Below are positions 9,399 through 20,613 of a stretch of 51,699 nucleotides of DNA, piece by piece; position 1 is the stretch's first letter; every line of letters starts with the position of its first letter. Under the pieces are notes generated by a model. The model was not told the origin of the DNA. It did no database searches and worked only from the letters and a program-made list of their open reading frames with translations. The translations under genes and the position numbers were made by a program. The DNA is taken from positions 1 to 51,699 of the forward strand of contig JACCWP010000026.1 of assembly GCA_013697585.1 (NCBI GenBank), given 5' to 3'. The DNA comes from Nocardioidaceae bacterium (GTDB lineage Bacteria > Actinomycetota > Actinomycetes > Propionibacteriales > Nocardioidaceae).

Positions 9399-11050
9399 TG
9401 GCTCGGGTCTCCTCTCTCGCGCAGCCGCGCCACGAAGTCGTCAAGGTCCGCGGCCAGGTCACCACCGGCCACCCGGTCCAGCCCTGCCACCTCGACCACC
9501 GTACGACCATCGTCGCGACGTGCGCGGACCCACGTCCGCCGGGGCCGGATGTACAGCGAGCCGAGCAGACCGGCCAGGGCGAGCACCAGCGAACCGAGTG
9601 GCAGCCAGGACAGCGGCGACGACGCGACCTGCAGCCGGGCGAACTCGCGGACACCGTCGAATCGGATGCTGCCGAGCCCGTCCGGGAGCCTCGCGGTGTC
9701 GCCCTCGCTGAGCAGCAGCCGCAGCGACTCGCCGTCGTCGCCCTGCACGACACTGAGCTGGTCCTTGTCGAGGGCATAGACCGACTGCGGCTCGCCGCCG
9801 TCGAGCCCGAGGTCGCCGGTCCAGACGAACAGCGACAGGGCCGGCTGCACCGCCTCGGGGAACACCGACACGGGCAGCCCCTCGGCATTGGTGCTCGCCC
9901 AGGGCAGGAAGAAGCCCTCGAAACCGAGCTGTTCCGGCTCAGCGTCGGGTGCCTTGACCACGCCCTGGCTGACATAGCTGGCGTCGGCGGGGAGGAAGGG
10001 CACCGGCCCGGAGGACGTCACGTCGCCGGCGCCATCGCGAACGGTCACCACGGGGGCGTAGCCGCTGCCGACCAGGAACAGCGACGTGCCGTCGACGGTC
10101 AGCGGCTCGTTGACCCGCATCGCGAAGTCGACCGGATCCTCACCTGGGCTGGGAACAACAGTGCCGGTCGCCTCGAACAGCTTGGGCTGACCGGCCTGCT
10201 CGGTGCCGGGCGGTTGGAACGACGCGGTCATCGTGGACAGCGCGAGGCTGAACGGGGGCAACGAGTCGGCGCCGGCGAGCGGCCCGGCCCGGAACTCGTC
10301 GTACTGCGTGAGGGTGTTGGAGAAACCTTGTCCCTCCACCACGATCACGCTGCCCCGATAGCCCCACAACGACCCGACCGCCACTCCCACCAGTACGCCG
10401 AAGAGGCTGACGTGGAAGAGCAGGTTGCCAGCCTCGCGCAGATAGCCCTTCTCGGCGCGGACAGCGTCGGGGTCGCGGTCGACGCGGAACCGCCGCTGAC
10501 CCAAGAGCTGGGCGGCCGAGCCCAGGACCGCGTCGGGCGACGCGTCGGTCTCGTACGTGACGTGCGCCGGCAGCCGATCGAGCCTGCTGGGGGTGCGGGG
10601 GGGTCGGGCGCGCAGGGCACGGGCGTAGGCCGCCGTGCGCGGGACGATGCAGCCGGCCAGCGACACCATCAGCAGCAGGTAGATCGCGGCGAACCACGGC
10701 GACGAATAGACCGAGAACAGGTCGAGCCGGTCGAGCCACGGGGTCAGGTCGGCGTGCTCGGAGCGAAAGCGCGCCACGGCCAGCGAGTCAACACCGCGCT
10801 GAGGCACCAGTGATCCGGGGATCGCGCCGAGCGCGAGCGCGAGCAGGAGCAGGAGGGCGGTGCGCATCGACGTGAGCTGGCGCCAGGCCCAGCGGGCGAG
10901 CTCGGAGGGAGCGAGCGCGGGTGGTCGGCCGGGCGCGTCGCGCTCGTGCCGACCGCCACCCGGAGGGGCGGGCACCTCCGACTTGTCAGCGTCAGCCGGG
11001 GCAACAGGCCGGTCTCGCGGTGACAGCTCGGGAACCCGGGGCTTCACCAC
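9395..11050 (-). CDS. resB: Cytochrome c biogenesis protein ResB
   Basis: LTSMRTALLLL...PGSLVPQ, VYSSPWF, EKGYLREAGNLLFH, RVNEPL. Coupled to ccsB. Confidence 0.93.
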   Translation of the reverse strand: MVKPRVPELSPRDRPVAPADADKSEVPAPPGGGRHERDAPGRPPALAPSELARWAWRQLTSMRTALLLLLALALGAIPGSLVPQRGVDSLAVARFRSEHADLTPWLDRLDLFSVYSSPWFAAIYLLLMVSLAGCIVPRTAAYARALRARPPRTPSRLDRLPAHVTYETDASPDAVLGSAAQLLGQRRFRVDRDPDAVRAEKGYLREAGNLLFHVSLFGVLVGVAVGSLWGYRGSVIVVEGQGFSNTLTQYDEFRAGPLAGADSLPPFSLALSTMTASFQPPGTEQAGQPKLFEATGTVVPSPGEDPVDFAMRVNEPLTVDGTSLFLVGSGYAPVVTVRDGAGDVTSSGPVPFLPADASYVSQGVVKAPDAEPEQLGFEGFFLPWASTNAEGLPVSVFPEAVQPALSLFVWTGDLGLDGGEPQSVYALDKDQLSVVQGDDGESLRLLLSEGDTARLPDGLGSIRFDGVREFARLQVASSPLSWLPLGSLVLALAGLLGSLYIRPRRTWVRARRDDGRTVVEVAGLDRVAGGDLAADLDDFVARLRERGDPSQ

Positions 11051-11818
11051 TCAGACCACCGTGCTCACGACGGGCAACCAACCTTGCATCTCGCCGACCA
11101 GCCACTGCCAGCCGCCGCTCAGCAGCAGCACGCCCACCAGGACCAGCATCGCGCCGCCGCTCCTGGCGATCGCCAGCTGGTGCCGTCGCACCCACAGGGT
11201 GGCGCCAAGCATCCGGTGGAACGCCAACCCGGCAAGGACGAACGGGATGCCAAGCCCGAGGCAGTAGCACAAGGTGAGGAATGCGCCTCGGCCCGCGCTT
11301 GCCTGGTCGGCCGAGAGCGCAAGCACCGCAGTCAGTGTGGGGCCGATGCACGGCACCCAGCCCAGTCCGAACAGCACGCCGAGCAGCGGAGCCGCCGCGA
11401 TACCAACGTCGGGCACGCGATGCACGCGCAGGTCCCGCTGGGCGAACGGGACGAGGCCAGCGAACGCCAACCCCAGCAGGACGACCAGCGCGCCGAGCAC
11501 GATCTGGATCTCGCGCTGGTACGTCAGCAGCCAGGTGCCAGCGGCTCCGATCAGGGTGCCCAGCGAGACGTAGACGAACGAGAAGCCAAGCACGAACAAC
11601 CCGGTCCCCGCCAGCATCCGCCCCCGGCGACGAGGGCCACCGCTCGACCCGGTGTCCATCAGGTCGGCGCCGGACAGCCCGGTGACGTACGAGACATAGC
11701 CGGGCAGCAGCGGCACCACGCACGGGGAGAAGAAGCTCACCACTCCCGCCAGCAACGCCACCGGCACGGCGAGCAGCAGCGACCCGGAGTAGGCGGTGTC
11801 GCCGAACCACTCACCCAC
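11051..11818 (-). CDS. ccdA: Cytochrome c biogenesis CcdA (DsbD transmembrane domain)
   Basis: [14 protein letters not shown] and [10 protein letters not shown] cysteine motifs. Start GTG 11818 overlaps the end of the upstream gene. Confidence 0.93.
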   Translation of the reverse strand: MGEWFGDTAYSGSLLLAVPVALLAGVVSFFSPCVVPLLPGYVSYVTGLSGADLMDTGSSGGPRRRGRMLAGTGLFVLGFSFVYVSLGTLIGAAGTWLLTYQREIQIVLGALVVLLGLAFAGLVPFAQRDLRVHRVPDVGIAAAPLLGVLFGLGWVPCIGPTLTAVLALSADQASAGRGAFLTLCYCLGLGIPFVLAGLAFHRMLGATLWVRRHQLAIARSGGAMLVLVGVLLLSGGWQWLVGEMQGWLPVVSTVV

Positions 11819-12389
11819 CGGTGCCCACCTCGTCGACCACGTCGACCACGTCGACGAGCGTCTGCGCCGACTGCGGCCCGAGGAGCCGGGCCGCGACCCG
11901 GCCATCGGCGTCGATCACGTACGTCGTGGGAACGGCGACGGCGGGAAGATCGCCACGGAAACCGAGCAGCTGGCTGCTCGTGGGGTCGGCGATGCTCGGC
12001 CAGGTGATGCCGAAGGTCTCCACGAACTGCGCCGCTCCGTCGGGGTCGTCGCGGATGTTGATACCCAGGAACTGCACCTCGTCGCCACGCAGCTCTCGCT
12101 CCGCGGTGACCAGGTCGGGGGCCTCCTCCCGGCACGGGCTGCACTGGGCGAACCAGACGTTGAGCAGGACCGTCTGACCCGCATAGTCGTCGAGCGAGAC
12201 CTGCTCCCCGTCGAGCGACTCACCCGCCACCGGTGGCGCATCGGGGCGCTCGGACTCCGGGACCACGGTGATCCCATAGTCACCCTGCACGTAGCCGCCC
12301 GAGGCTCGCTCGGCGCTCGTACCGGCGGTGCAGCCAGCAAGCAGTGCTGCCGCCAGTGCAGTCGCAATGAGCAGTCGAGCCACACTCAT
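11811..12389 (-). CDS. TlpA/ResA-like thiol-disulfide reductase lipoprotein
   Basis: Lipobox [19 protein letters not shown] (CxxC), [11 protein letters not shown] 12389 overlaps the upstream stop. Confidence 0.9.
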   Translation of the reverse strand: MSVARLLIATALAAALLAGCTAGTSAERASGGYVQGDYGITVVPESERPDAPPVAGESLDGEQVSLDDYAGQTVLLNVWFAQCSPCREEAPDLVTAERELRGDEVQFLGINIRDDPDGAAQFVETFGITWPSIADPTSSQLLGFRGDLPAVAVPTTYVIDADGRVAARLLGPQSAQTLVDVVDVVDEVGTGG

Positions 12390-13045
12390 GCACCGAACTG
12401 CTGATCGTCGGCGGGCACCAGCAGGTCGGCTGCCGGCTCGGAGTAGGCCACCGTCTGCAGCAGGTCGTCTGCGTACGTGAGCGACGTGACGCTGGCGAGC
12501 GCGCACTGGCGGCGGCGCGGGTCGTGCAGGTAGCGGCGACCCTCGACCGCGCAGCGGGCGATCCACACGGGCAGCTGGTGGGACACGATGACTGCCTCGT
12601 GCCCGCGAGCGGCGTCCCGGGCGTCGGCCGCGGCAGCGAGCACCCGCGCGGCGATCTGCGCATAGGGCTCACCCCACGAGGGCCGCCACGGGTTGCGCAG
12701 TCGCCACCACACGGCGGGGTGCCTCAACACGCCGTCGCCGACACCGAACGTCTCGCCCTCGAACTGGTTGCCGGCCTCGATCACCCGCTCGTCGATCACC
12801 GGCGCGACCCCAAATGCCTCGGCGGTCGGCGCTGCGGTCTCCTGCGCGCGCTCCATCGGCGACGACACCAGATGGGTGATGTCGCGTCCGCCGAACCAGG
12901 CAGCGGCCCGCGCGGCCATCTGCACGCCGAGCTCGGACAGGTGGTAGCCAGGGAGCCGGCCGTAGAGGATCCCGGCTGGGTTGTGCACCTCACCGTGGCG
13001 CAAGAGGTGCACGACGGTGACGATCTGGTCGGGGCTGATGGTCAT
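12386..13045 (-). CDS. Histidine phosphatase (phosphoglycerate mutase family)
   Basis: [27 protein letters not shown]. Conserved between hemL and the ccs genes in actinobacteria. Confidence 0.9.
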   Translation of the reverse strand: MTISPDQIVTVVHLLRHGEVHNPAGILYGRLPGYHLSELGVQMAARAAAWFGGRDITHLVSSPMERAQETAAPTAEAFGVAPVIDERVIEAGNQFEGETFGVGDGVLRHPAVWWRLRNPWRPSWGEPYAQIAARVLAAAADARDAARGHEAVIVSHQLPVWIARCAVEGRRYLHDPRRRQCALASVTSLTYADDLLQTVAYSEPAADLLVPADDQQFGA

Positions 13046-14436
13046 CGCAGTCCCCCGGCGGTCTCCGGCCTGGCTGCGGCGGCCGCGCGTGCGGCGTGCG
13101 GCAGTGCGCTCGCTACTCGATCGAGGGCCGCGTCGTCGTGCGCGGCGCCCACGAACCACGCCTCGAACGCGCTCGGGGGCAGTGACACACCGTGGGCGAG
13201 CATCGCGTGGAAGAAGGCTCGGAACCGATGCAGGGCTTGCTTCTGCGCGCCGGCGAAGTCGCGAACGGGCTCGCCGGGCCGCCCGCCCGTCGCCTCGTCG
13301 ACGAATGCCGCGTCCTCGACGAAGAAAGTGCTGAGCAGGTTGCCCGCCCACTGCGTGACGTGCGGCACGCCCTCGGCGTCCAGCGCCTTGTCGACCAGAG
13401 TCCCGAGAGCGGTTGATGTGCGGTCGAGCTGCGCATAGACGTCGTCGGTGGCCAGGCCCAGGGTGGTGAGCCCGGCAGTGGTGGCGACGGGGTTGCCGGA
13501 CAGGGTGCCGGCCTGATAGATCGGACCCTCGGGGGCGAGCTGCGCCATCACGTCGGCCCGGCCGCCGAACGCCGCCGCGGGAAAGCCTCCGCCCAGCACC
13601 TTGCCGAACGTCACCAGGTCGGGCTGCCAGCCCTCGACGGCACCGTCCAGCCCCCACCAGCCCGACCGGTGCACACGAAAGCCCGTCATGACCTCGTCAC
13701 TGATCAGCATGGCCCCGTACCGCCGGCAGGTCTCGGCCAGGAACTGGTTGAACCCCGCGTCCGGAGGGATCGCGCCCATGTTGCCGCACGCGGCCTCGGT
13801 GATCAGGCAGGCGATTCGTTCCCCGTGCACGGCGAACGCTTCGGCCACCGCGACGCGGTCGTTGTAGGCCAGCACCAGCGTCGCCGCCGCCGCCGCGGCC
13901 GGCACACCCGGCGTGCCAGGCAGCGCGAAGGTCGCGGCGCCGGAGCCGGCCGAGGCGAGCAGCGCGTCGACATGCCCGTGGTAGCAGCCGGCGAACTTCA
14001 CGATCAGGTCCCGCCCGGTCACCCCCCGGGCAAGCCGAACGGCGGACATGGTCGCTTCTGTGCCCGACGACACGAGCCGAACCTGCTCGACCGAGGTGCG
14101 CGCCACGACCGCCTCGGCGAGCTCGACCTCGACCTGCGTAGGTGCGCCGTAGGTGGTGCCGGCGCCGGCCGCCCTGGTGATCGCGTCTATCACCTCGGGT
14201 CGCGCGTGGCCAAGCAGCAGCGCACCCCACGAAGACACCAGGTCGACGTAGTCGCGACCGTCGGCATCCGTGACATAAGGCCCGCGGCCTGCGGTGAGGA
14301 AGCGCGGCGTGCCTCCGACCGCTCGGTAGGCCCGGACGGGGGAGTTGACCCCGCCGGGCGTGACGGCCCGTGCCCGCCCCAGCAGGGCCGCCGACACAGG
14401 TGCGTCGTACGGGTAGGGCAGGCCCGAGGAGATCAC
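13042..14436 (-). CDS. hemL: Glutamate-1-semialdehyde 2,1-aminomutase
   Basis: [61 protein letters not shown]. Start GTG 14436 inferred from GACAAT 6 nt upstream. Confidence 0.96.
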   Translation of the reverse strand: MISSGLPYPYDAPVSAALLGRARAVTPGGVNSPVRAYRAVGGTPRFLTAGRGPYVTDADGRDYVDLVSSWGALLLGHARPEVIDAITRAAGAGTTYGAPTQVEVELAEAVVARTSVEQVRLVSSGTEATMSAVRLARGVTGRDLIVKFAGCYHGHVDALLASAGSGAATFALPGTPGVPAAAAAATLVLAYNDRVAVAEAFAVHGERIACLITEAACGNMGAIPPDAGFNQFLAETCRRYGAMLISDEVMTGFRVHRSGWWGLDGAVEGWQPDLVTFGKVLGGGFPAAAFGGRADVMAQLAPEGPIYQAGTLSGNPVATTAGLTTLGLATDDVYAQLDRTSTALGTLVDKALDAEGVPHVTQWAGNLLSTFFVEDAAFVDEATGGRPGEPVRDFAGAQKQALHRFRAFFHAMLAHGVSLPPSAFEAWFVGAAHDDAALDRVASALPHAARAAAAARPETAGGLR

Positions 14437-14658
14437 CGGGCCATTGTCACTGACGGTCCTGCGGCGCCGCGAGCGCCCGACCTGCCCGGCTCCGAAGGTT
14501 CGCAATCACATGGTGGGCAAGGCAATCACGATCGCTCCGACTGTCGGTGGACCAGGGGCCCCTGCCGGGGTCGGCAAGGTCCGGACATGGTCGCGACGTG
14601 GGTGTGCGTCTGCTGTTCGTGCTCAGCTGCGGCCGGCCCTGACCCGGCGCGCGTGGGC

Positions 14659-15633
14659 TCAGCGCAGCCAGCCGGCGGCCTCGGTTGCCCAGTACGTCAG
14701 CACCACGTCGGCACCGGCCCGCCGGATCGAGGTGAGCGTCTCGACGATGGCGCGCCGTCGGTCGATCCAGCCGTTGGCCGCCGCCGCCTCGACCATCGCG
14801 TACTCCCCCGACACGCAGTAGGCCGCCACCGGCACGCTCACGTGGGAGCGGATCAGCGAGACCAGGTCTAGATAGCCGAGCGCGGGCTTCACCATCACCG
14901 CGTCCGCGCCCTCGCCGACGTCGAGCAGCGCCTCGCGCAGCGCTTCGCGCGCGTTGGCCGGGTCCTGCTGGTAGGCACGTCGATCACCCACCAGTGACGA
15001 GTCGACCGCTTCACGGAACGGGCCGTAGAACGCGGACGCGTACTTCGCCGAGTAGGCGAGGATGCCCGTGTCCAGCCAGCCGGTGGCGTCCAGTGCGGCG
15101 CGGACGTGCCCGACCTGGCCGTCCATCATCCCGCTGGGACCAACCATGGCGACCCCGGCCTCGGCGTGCACGACCGCCATCTGCGCGTACGCCTCCAGCG
15201 TCGCGTCGTTGTTGACGCGTCCGTGGGCGTCGAGCACACCGCAGTGGCCGTGGTCGGTGAACTCGTCGAGGCACAGGTCGCTCATCACGACCAGCGCGTC
15301 ACCGGCCTCTGTGATCGCGTTTCCGATGGCTGCCGGGAGCACCCCGTCGGGGTCGAGAGCCGCGCTGCCGGTTGCGTCCTTGTGCTCGGGTATGCCGAAC
15401 AGCAGCACCCCTCCGACGCCGGCTTCGGCTGCCGACGCGACCGCCGTGCGCAGGCTCTCGAGGGAGTGCTGCACCACGCCGGGCATGCTGGTCACCGGCA
15501 CCGGTTCGGTGGCGCCTTCCTTGACGAGGAGCGGTTGCACCAGCTGTCGCGGGCGCACCGACGTCTCGGCGACCAGGTCGCGTACCGCGGCCGAGACCCG
15601 CAGCCGCCGCGGACGCGCCGACGGGTAGCCCAT
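14659..15633 (-). CDS. hemB: Porphobilinogen synthase
   Basis: [53 protein letters not shown]. Confidence 0.97.
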   Translation of the reverse strand: MGYPSARPRRLRVSAAVRDLVAETSVRPRQLVQPLLVKEGATEPVPVTSMPGVVQHSLESLRTAVASAAEAGVGGVLLFGIPEHKDATGSAALDPDGVLPAAIGNAITEAGDALVVMSDLCLDEFTDHGHCGVLDAHGRVNNDATLEAYAQMAVVHAEAGVAMVGPSGMMDGQVGHVRAALDATGWLDTGILAYSAKYASAFYGPFREAVDSSLVGDRRAYQQDPANAREALREALLDVGEGADAVMVKPALGYLDLVSLIRSHVSVPVAAYCVSGEYAMVEAAAANGWIDRRRAIVETLTSIRRAGADVVLTYWATEAAGWLR

Positions 15634-15634
15634 C

Positions 15635-17311
15635 TCAGGTGGCCTTGCGCCTCGCGGTCGGGCGCAGCTGCGAGGGTCGGGCCACTGGGTCGCCCGCCTC
15701 CAGGAACCCGACCCGACGCTGCGCGCCGAAGTCGGCCAGCGCGTCGGCGAGCACCGCGGCCGAGGGCGAATCGGCCAGCACGTCGACTCGCAGCCCGTGC
15801 TCCTCGGCGGTCTTGGCCGTGGCTGGGCCGATGCAGGCGATCACCGTCGAGGGATGCGGCTTGCCGGCGATGCCGACCAGGTTGCGCACCGTCGAGGACG
15901 ACGTGAAGACGACGGCATCGAAGCTGCCTGCCTTGATCGCCTCGCGGGTCGCCGCCGGAGGCGGGGCCGCCCGCACCGTCCGATAGGCGGTGACGTCCTC
16001 GACCTCCCAGCCGAGCTCCTGCAGGCCGGCCACCAGCGTCTCAGTGGCGATGTCGGCCCGCGGCAGGAACACCCGGTTGATCGGGTCGAGCAGGTCGTCG
16101 AACGGCGGCCAGTCGGCCAGCAGCCCCGCCGCCGACTGCTCACCCGACGGCACGAGGTCAGGCTTGATGCCCCAGGTCGCGATGGCCTGCGCGGTACTCT
16201 CACCGACGGCGGCGATCTTGAGCCCCGAGAAGGCGCGCGCGTCGAGCCCGTACTCCTCGAACTTCTCGCGCACCGCGCGCACGGCGTTGACCGAAGTGAA
16301 CCCGATCCACTCGTAGCGGCCTTCGACCAAGCCGCGGATGGCCTTGACCATCTGCTGCGGGTTCCTCGGTGCCTCGACCGAGATCGTGGGTACCTCTTCG
16401 GGCACCGCGCCGTGGGTGCGGAGCCGGGCCATCAGGGGGCCGGCCTGCTCCTTGGTCCGTGGCACCAACACCTGCCAGCCGAACAGCGGCTTGGTCTCGA
16501 ACCAGTCCAGCTGCTCGCGCAGGCCCACGACCTCGCCGACCACCGTGACGCCGCTGCCTGCCATCTCGGAGGCCGCGACGTCCGTGGCGATCCGGTCCAG
16601 CGTGGACACCACCGTGGACTGCGCGGTTGTCGTTCCCACCCGGGTGATCGCAGCTGGGGTGTCGCCGCAGCGGCCGGCGGCGACCAGGGCTGCGGCCACC
16701 GCGTCGATCGACCGCACGTCGCCGACCAGCACCAGGGTCTGGTCGGTGGCGTACAGCGACCAGTCGATCTTGTTCTGGCCGACGTGGACGATGGCGACCT
16801 CGCCCTGCGTACGGGTGGTGAGGGGCACTCCCGCGTAGGCCGCGACCGCGGTCGCGGACGAGACGCCGGGCACGACCTCGAATGCGACGCCAGCCTTGAC
16901 GCAGGCGAGCGCTTCCTCAGGACCGCTCGCGTCGAGCCACGGATCACCGGTCAGCAGCCGGACGACCAGACCCGCGCTCTTGGCCTGCTTGACGACGAGG
17001 CGGCCACGGGCGGCGTGGGTCATGCGGGCGCCCGTGTCGGTTCGCCCGCCGTCGACGACCAGCGGCGACTCCGGCCGGTCGGGGACCCCGCTGGCGTCGG
17101 CGTCGGCGAGCACGCCGTTGACCAGCGCCCGGTGGTCGGGGGACTCGACGACGATGACGTCGGCGGCGCGGATCAGCTCCACGGCCCGCACGGTCAACAG
17201 GCCCGGGTCACCGGGGCCGGTGCCGACAAAGCTGACCCGGCCCAGTCGCCTGGCGGGCTTGGCCGACCGGGCGGTCGAGCTGGTGGTACGGACGGAACGG
17301 GTGCTGGTCAC
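15635..17311 (-). CDS. hemD: Fused uroporphyrinogen-III C-methyltransferase-like / uroporphyrinogen-III synthase
   Basis: [72 protein letters not shown] before GTG 17311; alternative start 17374. Confidence 0.92.
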   Translation of the reverse strand: MTSTRSVRTTSSTARSAKPARRLGRVSFVGTGPGDPGLLTVRAVELIRAADVIVVESPDHRALVNGVLADADASGVPDRPESPLVVDGGRTDTGARMTHAARGRLVVKQAKSAGLVVRLLTGDPWLDASGPEEALACVKAGVAFEVVPGVSSATAVAAYAGVPLTTRTQGEVAIVHVGQNKIDWSLYATDQTLVLVGDVRSIDAVAAALVAAGRCGDTPAAITRVGTTTAQSTVVSTLDRIATDVAASEMAGSGVTVVGEVVGLREQLDWFETKPLFGWQVLVPRTKEQAGPLMARLRTHGAVPEEVPTISVEAPRNPQQMVKAIRGLVEGRYEWIGFTSVNAVRAVREKFEEYGLDARAFSGLKIAAVGESTAQAIATWGIKPDLVPSGEQSAAGLLADWPPFDDLLDPINRVFLPRADIATETLVAGLQELGWEVEDVTAYRTVRAAPPPAATREAIKAGSFDAVVFTSSSTVRNLVGIAGKPHPSTVIACIGPATAKTAEEHGLRVDVLADSPSAAVLADALADFGAQRRVGFLEAGDPVARPSQLRPTARRKAT

Positions 17312-17370
17312 GGCGTCCTTCTCGGTTGGTGTCCGACGATCGGTGGTGTGGGGAGGAGTACGCGCGGCGC

Positions 17371-18402
17371 TCACGGCTGGACCGCCTTGGCAGCGTCGAT
17401 GAGCTCGGCGGCGCCGCGTTCGAGCATCTCGGTGGCCAGCAGCCGACCCACCGCAGTCGGCTCGGTGACGCCGCCGGTGGCAGACAGTCGCAGCAGCGGA
17501 GCGCCAGCAGGTGCCACGACCACACCCCGCAGCCACAGCTCGTCGGGAGCCCAGCCGTCGTCACCGCCAGCACCGCCGCTGGCGTCGACGGCGGCGTCGG
17601 CAGCGGTGGTCCAGGTGAGCTCGGCGAGGGCGCCCACCGGGGCGGAGCACCCCGCCTCGACCGCCGCGAGGAAGGCCCGCTCGGCGGTCACGGCGGTCCG
17701 CGACGCGTCGTCGTCGAGGGCGCTGCGCACGTCGGCTGCGATCGGGTCGCCAGCCCTGACCTCGACCGCCAGCGCACCCTGCCCGGGGGCGGGCAGCATC
17801 AGCAGCGGGTCGAGCACCTCGCTCACCTCGTCGAGCCGGCCCAGCCTGGCCAGTCCCGCCCGCGCCAGGACGACGGCGTCGAGGCCGCCCGCTGCCTCGT
17901 CCGCACCGACCCGACCGAGCCTGGTGTCGACGTTTCCGCGCAGGTCGACCACGTCGAGCCCGAGGCCGAGAGCCCGCAGCTGGGCGGCTCGCCGGGGTGA
18001 GCCGGTGCCGACGGTGCTGCCCGGCGGCAGCTCGCCGAGGCTCAGACCGTCGCGAGCCACGACGACGTCGCGCGGGTCCTCGCGCGGCGGCACCGCAGCC
18101 AGTTCGATGCCTTCGGCAGGCGCGGTTGGCAGGTCCTTGAGCGAGTGCACCGCGACGTCAACGGTTCCGGCTGCCAGCGCCGAGCGCAGCGCCGACACGA
18201 ACACGCCTTGTCCGCCGATCTCGGCGAGCGGTGCACGGTCGACGTCGCCGCGGGTGGTGACTTCGACGACCTCGATCCGGACGCCGGTAACGGCATGGAG
18301 ACGGGCGGCGACGGCCTCGCTCTGCGCCCGGGCGAGCCGGCTCGCGCGGGTCCCGACCTTCAGCGTTGTGGCCATCGTGGACGCGGGAGCGTGGGCGGTC
18401 AC
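17371..18402 (-). CDS. hemC: Hydroxymethylbilane synthase
   Basis: GTRASRLARAQ, AVHSLKDLP, GTGSPRR, LRGNVDTRL, LPAPGQGAL, EAGCSAP (cofactor Cys). GTGA overlap with hemA. Confidence 0.96.
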   Translation of the reverse strand: MTAHAPASTMATTLKVGTRASRLARAQSEAVAARLHAVTGVRIEVVEVTTRGDVDRAPLAEIGGQGVFVSALRSALAAGTVDVAVHSLKDLPTAPAEGIELAAVPPREDPRDVVVARDGLSLGELPPGSTVGTGSPRRAAQLRALGLGLDVVDLRGNVDTRLGRVGADEAAGGLDAVVLARAGLARLGRLDEVSEVLDPLLMLPAPGQGALAVEVRAGDPIAADVRSALDDDASRTAVTAERAFLAAVEAGCSAPVGALAELTWTTAADAAVDASGGAGGDDGWAPDELWLRGVVVAPAGAPLLRLSATGGVTEPTAVGRLLATEMLERGAAELIDAAKAVQP

Positions 18403-19745
18403 GGGGTCACCTCGCCGGGATCGGCTGCGTCGACCGAGGCGCGGGTGACCGCGTCCGCCGCGCCGGACGGCAGGGAGAACAGCTCGGCCAGCACCTCGGC
18501 ATAGGACAGACCGGCCGGCTGGCCGGTGAGCTCCTTGATCCGAGTGGTCGGCGCGTGCAGGAGCTTGCCGGCGACCCGGCGCACCGTCTGCTCGAGCTCG
18601 GCGCGCACCTGCTCGTCGGCGGTGGGCAGCCGCGACCAGAGCCGGGCCAGCTCTGAGTCGACGACGTCGGTCGCCATCGAGCGCAACGCCACCACGGTCG
18701 GGGTGGCATAGGCCGCGCTGCGGGCGCCGACGAACGCGGCGACCTCTTCGGCCACGATGCCGCGCACGTGGGTGATGTCTGCCGCCGAGTCGCCGGACGC
18801 GAGATCGCCGGCCAGCGCCGCCAACCCGGTGTAGTGCACTCGCGGGTCGGCGGCGACCGCGGGGTCGACGTCGTGCGGCAGCGCCAGGTCGACCACGGCG
18901 AGCCGGGGGTCGGCGCCTCCCGGAGCACGCGTGCCCGTCCGGTCGGTCAGGGCCGGCGCCAGGTCGACAGCCCGCACGACCACCCCGGTGGCACCTGTGC
19001 AGCACACGACAAGATCGGCCTGCCGGGCCTGCGAGCCCAACGTCGACAGCTCAGCCGAGCGACCGCCCACACCGGCCGCCAGCCGCTGCGCGCCGGCGGG
19101 CGAGCGGTTGAGCACGGTGATCGTGGCCGCCCCCCTGCGGGCGAGATGGGCCACCGCGAGCCCCGCCATCGCGCCTGCCCCGACGACGAGCGCCCGGGCG
19201 CCGCGCACGCTCATGCCCTGCCGCGAGACCCGGTCGAGGGCCGCCGAGACGAGGGACGGACCGGCCCGGTCGATGTTGGTCTCGGCGTGGCTGCGCTTGC
19301 CCACCCGAAGCGCCTGTTGGAACGCAGCGTTGAGGGCAGGTCCGACGGTGCCCTCGTGCTGCCCGCGAACCAGTGCGGCGCGTACCTGACCCAGGATCTG
19401 GCTCTCACCCACCACCATCGAGTCCAGGCCGGCCGCCACCGTGAACAGGTGCGCGAGCGCACCCTCGTCGTAGTGCACGTAGAGGTGGCGAACAACCTCG
19501 TCGCGGTCGCCCGCGGCCAGGTCGCACAGCAGCCCAGAGACATCCTCCACGCTGCCGTGGAAGCGGTCGACCTCGGCATAGACCTCGACCCGGTTGCACG
19601 TGCAGACGACGACGGCCGCTGCGACATGCTCGGTCTCCGCCACCGCGCGCGCCAGCTTCGCCGCCCCTTCCGCGTCGACTGCCAGGGTCTCGAGGACCGC
19701 AACCGGCGCGCTCTGGTGGGAGATCCCCACGCACAGGATGCTCAC
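18399..19745 (-). CDS. hemA: Glutamyl-tRNA reductase
   Basis: TCNRVEVY, GLDSMVVGESQILGQ, GAGAMA, DLALPHDV, KLLHAP. Confidence 0.97.
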   Translation of the reverse strand: MSILCVGISHQSAPVAVLETLAVDAEGAAKLARAVAETEHVAAAVVVCTCNRVEVYAEVDRFHGSVEDVSGLLCDLAAGDRDEVVRHLYVHYDEGALAHLFTVAAGLDSMVVGESQILGQVRAALVRGQHEGTVGPALNAAFQQALRVGKRSHAETNIDRAGPSLVSAALDRVSRQGMSVRGARALVVGAGAMAGLAVAHLARRGAATITVLNRSPAGAQRLAAGVGGRSAELSTLGSQARQADLVVCCTGATGVVVRAVDLAPALTDRTGTRAPGGADPRLAVVDLALPHDVDPAVAADPRVHYTGLAALAGDLASGDSAADITHVRGIVAEEVAAFVGARSAAYATPTVVALRSMATDVVDSELARLWSRLPTADEQVRAELEQTVRRVAGKLLHAPTTRIKELTGQPAGLSYAEVLAELFSLPSGAADAVTRASVDAADPGEVTP

Positions 19746-20491
19746 GGCGAGCCCACCGCCCGGGCGACCATGTCGTCGAGGTCGAGGGTGGCCGCCCCCA
19801 TCGAGCCCGCCACCTGCTTTCGCAGCTCGTGATAGGCGAGGATCTGCAGCTCGATCGACAGGTCGACCTTGCGCACGTCGACACCGGCCGGGACCGAGAT
19901 GACGGCCGGCGCGAAGTTGAGGATGCTCGTGACCCCGGCTCGCACCAGTCGATCGGCCACCGGCTGGGCGGCGGCCGCCGGTGTCGTCAGGACGCCGATC
20001 GAGACGTCCCGCTCACGAACGAGCTCGTCCAGTTCGTCCAGGTGGCGTACGCCCACGCCGCCGTACATCTCGCCCACCCGCGCACGGTCGTTGTCGACGA
20101 GGGCGGCGACCCGGAAGCCGCGGGTGCCGAAACCCGCGTAGTTGGCCAGCGCCTGGCCCAGGTTGCCCAGCCCGATGATGACCACCGGCCAGTCCTGAGT
20201 CAGACCGATCTCGCGGGCGATCTGGTAGCGCAGGTACTCGACGTCGTAGCCGACACCGCGGGTGCCGTAGGAGCCCAGGTAGCTGAGATCCTTGCGCAGC
20301 TTGGCGGAGTTGACGCCGGTCGTAGCCGCAAGGTCCTCGCTCGATGCAGTCGCAACGCCGCGCTCGGCGAGCAACGTGAGCGCACGCAGATAGATGGGGA
20401 GCCGGGCGACGGTCGCCTCGGGGATACCGCGCCCGGCGCGGTCCTCGGACGAGCCCGACGGGTCGGGCCCATGATTCGATACGGGCTTCAC
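19742..20491 (-). CDS. rex: Redox-sensing transcriptional repressor Rex
   Basis: IPEATVARLPIYLR, KLRKDLSYLGSYGTRGVGYDV, GLGNLG, SILNFAP. Heads the hem operon as in Streptomyces. Confidence 0.96.
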   Translation of the reverse strand: MKPVSNHGPDPSGSSEDRAGRGIPEATVARLPIYLRALTLLAERGVATASSEDLAATTGVNSAKLRKDLSYLGSYGTRGVGYDVEYLRYQIAREIGLTQDWPVVIIGLGNLGQALANYAGFGTRGFRVAALVDNDRARVGEMYGGVGVRHLDELDELVRERDVSIGVLTTPAAAAQPVADRLVRAGVTSILNFAPAVISVPAGVDVRKVDLSIELQILAYHELRKQVAGSMGAATLDLDDMVARAVGSP

Positions 20492-20544
20492 AGCGGCTCT
20501 CAGGGTCCTTGCCGGGAGGTGGCGGGCAGGAAACGACCGCCTTC

Positions 20545-20573
20545 ACTCTAAGAGCTTGTGAACGGGAGAACAA
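20545..20573 (-). promoter_or_regulatory. Rex operator (ROP)-like site next to the -10 of the rex-hem promoter
   Basis: TTGTGAA-CGGG-AGAACAA at 20556-20573 versus consensus TTGTGAA-N4-TTCACAA (one perfect half-site). Minus-strand -10 TAGAGT at 20550-20545. Confidence 0.7.
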
Positions 20574-20613
20574 AATCCGCCAACCCCGACCGCGCACCGG
20601 CGACGGGCCGGGA

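Noticed and set aside
11832..11855. GTCGACCAC short tandem repeat
   Set aside because: About 2.7 copies encoding VDV repeats at the thioredoxin C-terminus; ordinary low complexity.
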